From NCBI GenBank assembly GCA_944387555.1, contig CALXFH010000001.1, positions 82,849-146,848 on the forward strand: a DNA stretch of 64,000 nucleotides, given 5' to 3'. The translations under genes and the position numbers were made by a program. How positions within the stretch are numbered: position 1 is the stretch's first letter; every line of letters begins with the position of its first letter. This DNA comes from an uncultured Clostridia bacterium (GTDB taxonomy: Bacteria > Bacillota > Clostridia > TANB77 > CAG-508). Shown one piece after another: positions 61,245 to 64,000 of the stretch. The notes under the pieces were generated by a model, which saw nothing but the letters and a program-made list of their open reading frames with translations, ran no database searches and had not been told where the DNA came from.

Positions 61245-62528
61245 TTAGTTTCCTAAAATATTTTGAATTTTTGATAATTCACTTTTTAATGTGTTGTAAA
61301 GACTTGTACTAATAGAAGTACCAGCTGAAGCTTCATAACTTGCAATATTTTTATTAATATCTAATAATTTCATTTTTTGCTTAGACTTAGTAGTATCAGT
61401 ATACATATAAATCGGTATGTAATCATAGTTATCAATAGTTATAGTTCCATCTACATGTTTTGTAATATCTAAATTTAAAATAATTGAATCTCTAGTATTC
61501 TCAGCATTTTGTCCAGATATGAAATTACCTAAAGAATAAATTACAAAACCATCTTTAGTTGTTCCATCTTCTAAAGTAACAGTCCTTTTTTCCATAGGTT
61601 CTAAAACATGAGGATGTGTTCCTAAAATAATATCTACACCATTTTGGAATAAAAAGTCTGCTAGTTCTTGTTGAGTAGAATTTGGAGTTGTTTTATATTC
61701 GTTTCCCCAATGCATACAAGCAATTATTATATCTGGATTTTCTTCTTTTGCCCTATCTATTTGCTCTTTTATTAAATTTTCATCAATTAAGTTAACACAA
61801 AAAGGTTTATCAGAAGGGATAGGAATTCCATTAGTTCCGTAAGTATAATTAACAAAAGCAATTTTAATTCCTTTAACATATTTAATTAAAGTTTTATTTT
61901 GCTCTTCTTCAGTTTTATATGTTCCAAGATGAGAAATATCTGCATCATTTAAAACATCAATTGTTCTAGATAAACCATCAAAACCTTTATCTAATGCATG
62001 ATTACCCGCAGTAGAAAGAACATCTAATCCAATATCTTTTAATTCATAAGCTAAACTATCAGGAGTATTAAACGTTGGATAGCCACTATATCCTCTATCT
62101 TCACCTGCAAAAGTTGTTTCAAGATTTCCAACGCAAATATCTGCTGTTTTTGTATAAAGACTAATATTATCAAAAACATAAGAAAAATCATAAGTACCAG
62201 TTTCACTATTATATGCATCATTGTATTGGGTATTATGACACATAATATCTCCAATAGCAGATAAAGTAAAAGTTACATCTACGGGCTCTTCTTCATCCTC
62301 CTTAGAATTTTCCTCATTTGCTTGTCTTTCTTGTTCAATTTCTTGTGCAGAGGTTTCAATTAAATTTTGATAATCATTTCTATTTTTAAAATAATAAAAA
62401 ATTGCAATTACTATAAATAAAACAAGTAAGATAGCGACAGTTGAAATTAAAACTTTGCGTACTTTAGTATAATCAATATCATTGTTTTTTCTTCTTTTTC
62501 TATTACGTGTACGGGCATCTCTCCTCAA
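61245..62528 (-). CDS. CapA/PgsA-family metallophosphatase-like protein, membrane anchored
   Basis: N-terminal TM; AGNHALDKGFDGL; MHWGNEY; GTHPHVLEP motifs. Confidence 0.75.
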   Translation of the reverse strand: MRRDARTRNRKRRKNNDIDYTKVRKVLISTVAILLVLFIVIAIFYYFKNRNDYQNLIETSAQEIEQERQANEENSKEDEEEPVDVTFTLSAIGDIMCHNTQYNDAYNSETGTYDFSYVFDNISLYTKTADICVGNLETTFAGEDRGYSGYPTFNTPDSLAYELKDIGLDVLSTAGNHALDKGFDGLSRTIDVLNDADISHLGTYKTEEEQNKTLIKYVKGIKIAFVNYTYGTNGIPIPSDKPFCVNLIDENLIKEQIDRAKEENPDIIIACMHWGNEYKTTPNSTQQELADFLFQNGVDIILGTHPHVLEPMEKRTVTLEDGTTKDGFVIYSLGNFISGQNAENTRDSIILNLDITKHVDGTITIDNYDYIPIYMYTDTTKSKQKMKLLDINKNIASYEASAGTSISTSLYNTLKSELSKIQNILGN

Positions 62529-62657
62529 AAATAATCACCCCTTATATACTTTTCTACAAAATATCACAAAAAACAAAAAAATTCAACAACATGAATAATT
62601 TTAAAAAATTTTCACATAATAGAAATAGTGAAAATTTAAGCTAAAGGAGGAAGAATA

Positions 62658-62846
62658 ATGAAAGTTGTTGACAAAATTGCATTAGTACTAATTATAATTG
62701 GTGCACTAAACTGGGGCTTAATAGGATTATTCAATTTTGACTTAGTTGCAACGATATTTGGTGATATGACAATAATCTCTAGAATAGTATATGGATTAGT
62801 TGGATTATCAGGATTATGGGGAATAAAATTATTATTTGATGATTAA
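62658..62846 (+). CDS. DUF378-family small membrane protein
   Basis: VDKIALVLIIIGALNWGLIGLF pattern; RBS AAAGGAGG. Confidence 0.6.
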   Translation: MKVVDKIALVLIIIGALNWGLIGLFNFDLVATIFGDMTIISRIVYGLVGLSGLWGIKLLFDD

Positions 62847-62935
62847 TATATAAGAAAATGAGAAAATTGGGGACGGGTCTTTTTTGTTTCACTTTGGTGA
62901 AATGTAAGAGTGATACAAAAAAAGCCTGTCCCTAA

Positions 62936-64000
<1,065 letters not shown>

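Noticed and set aside
62869-62935. The hairpin upstream of the ABC-F gene as an ARE-type ribosome-dependent attenuator
   Set aside because: The best promoter (TTGAAA-17-TATAAT at 62945-62973) lies downstream of the hairpin, so the structure would not be in the ABC-F leader. No leader peptide ORF is present.

Overview
This window covers the replication-origin region of a low-GC Firmicutes (Clostridia-like) chromosome. The conserved backbone reads rpmH-rnpA-yidD-yidC-jag-mnmE-mnmG-rsmG-parA-parB on the minus strand, then dnaA-dnaN-recF-gyrB ... gyrA on the plus strand. The backbone is interrupted in two places. A 2.9-kb coding desert, extremely AT-rich, sits between dnaN and recF; its proximal part is a tandem repeat array in which each unit carries a DnaA box. 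A 17.8-kb island splits gyrB from gyrA. That island holds iteron-like repeats, a decayed VirB4-like module, a roughly 620-bp-period satellite array of about 7 units, 16-bp microsatellites, an Rpn-family nuclease, and a complete diversity-generating retroelement (DGR). The DGR consists of a target gene with a pilin-like N-terminus and an FGE/C-type-lectin-like C-terminal variable repeat (VR), a MutS-domain-I-like small ORF, an Avd-like ORF, a DGR-type reverse transcriptase, and a template repeat (TR) that differs from VR almost only at adenines. Three separate loci carry T4SS-like genes: 0.2-5.7 kb (VirB4, VirB3/PrgI-like, four tandem VirB2-like pilin paralogs), 28-33 kb (decayed paralogous set), and 48-53.5 kb (coupling protein, pilin-like and VirB6-like genes, DnaD-like, frameshifted DnaI-like). 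Two of these loci abut tRNA genes. There are six tRNAs. Two apparent +1 frameshifts disrupt mnmE (near its 5' end) and a dnaI-like loader (in the Walker A motif). The right flank holds housekeeping genes (SDR reductase, VanW/G5, CorA, CapA, ABC-F). Every call was made by eye from the sequence and the ORF track; no searches were run.
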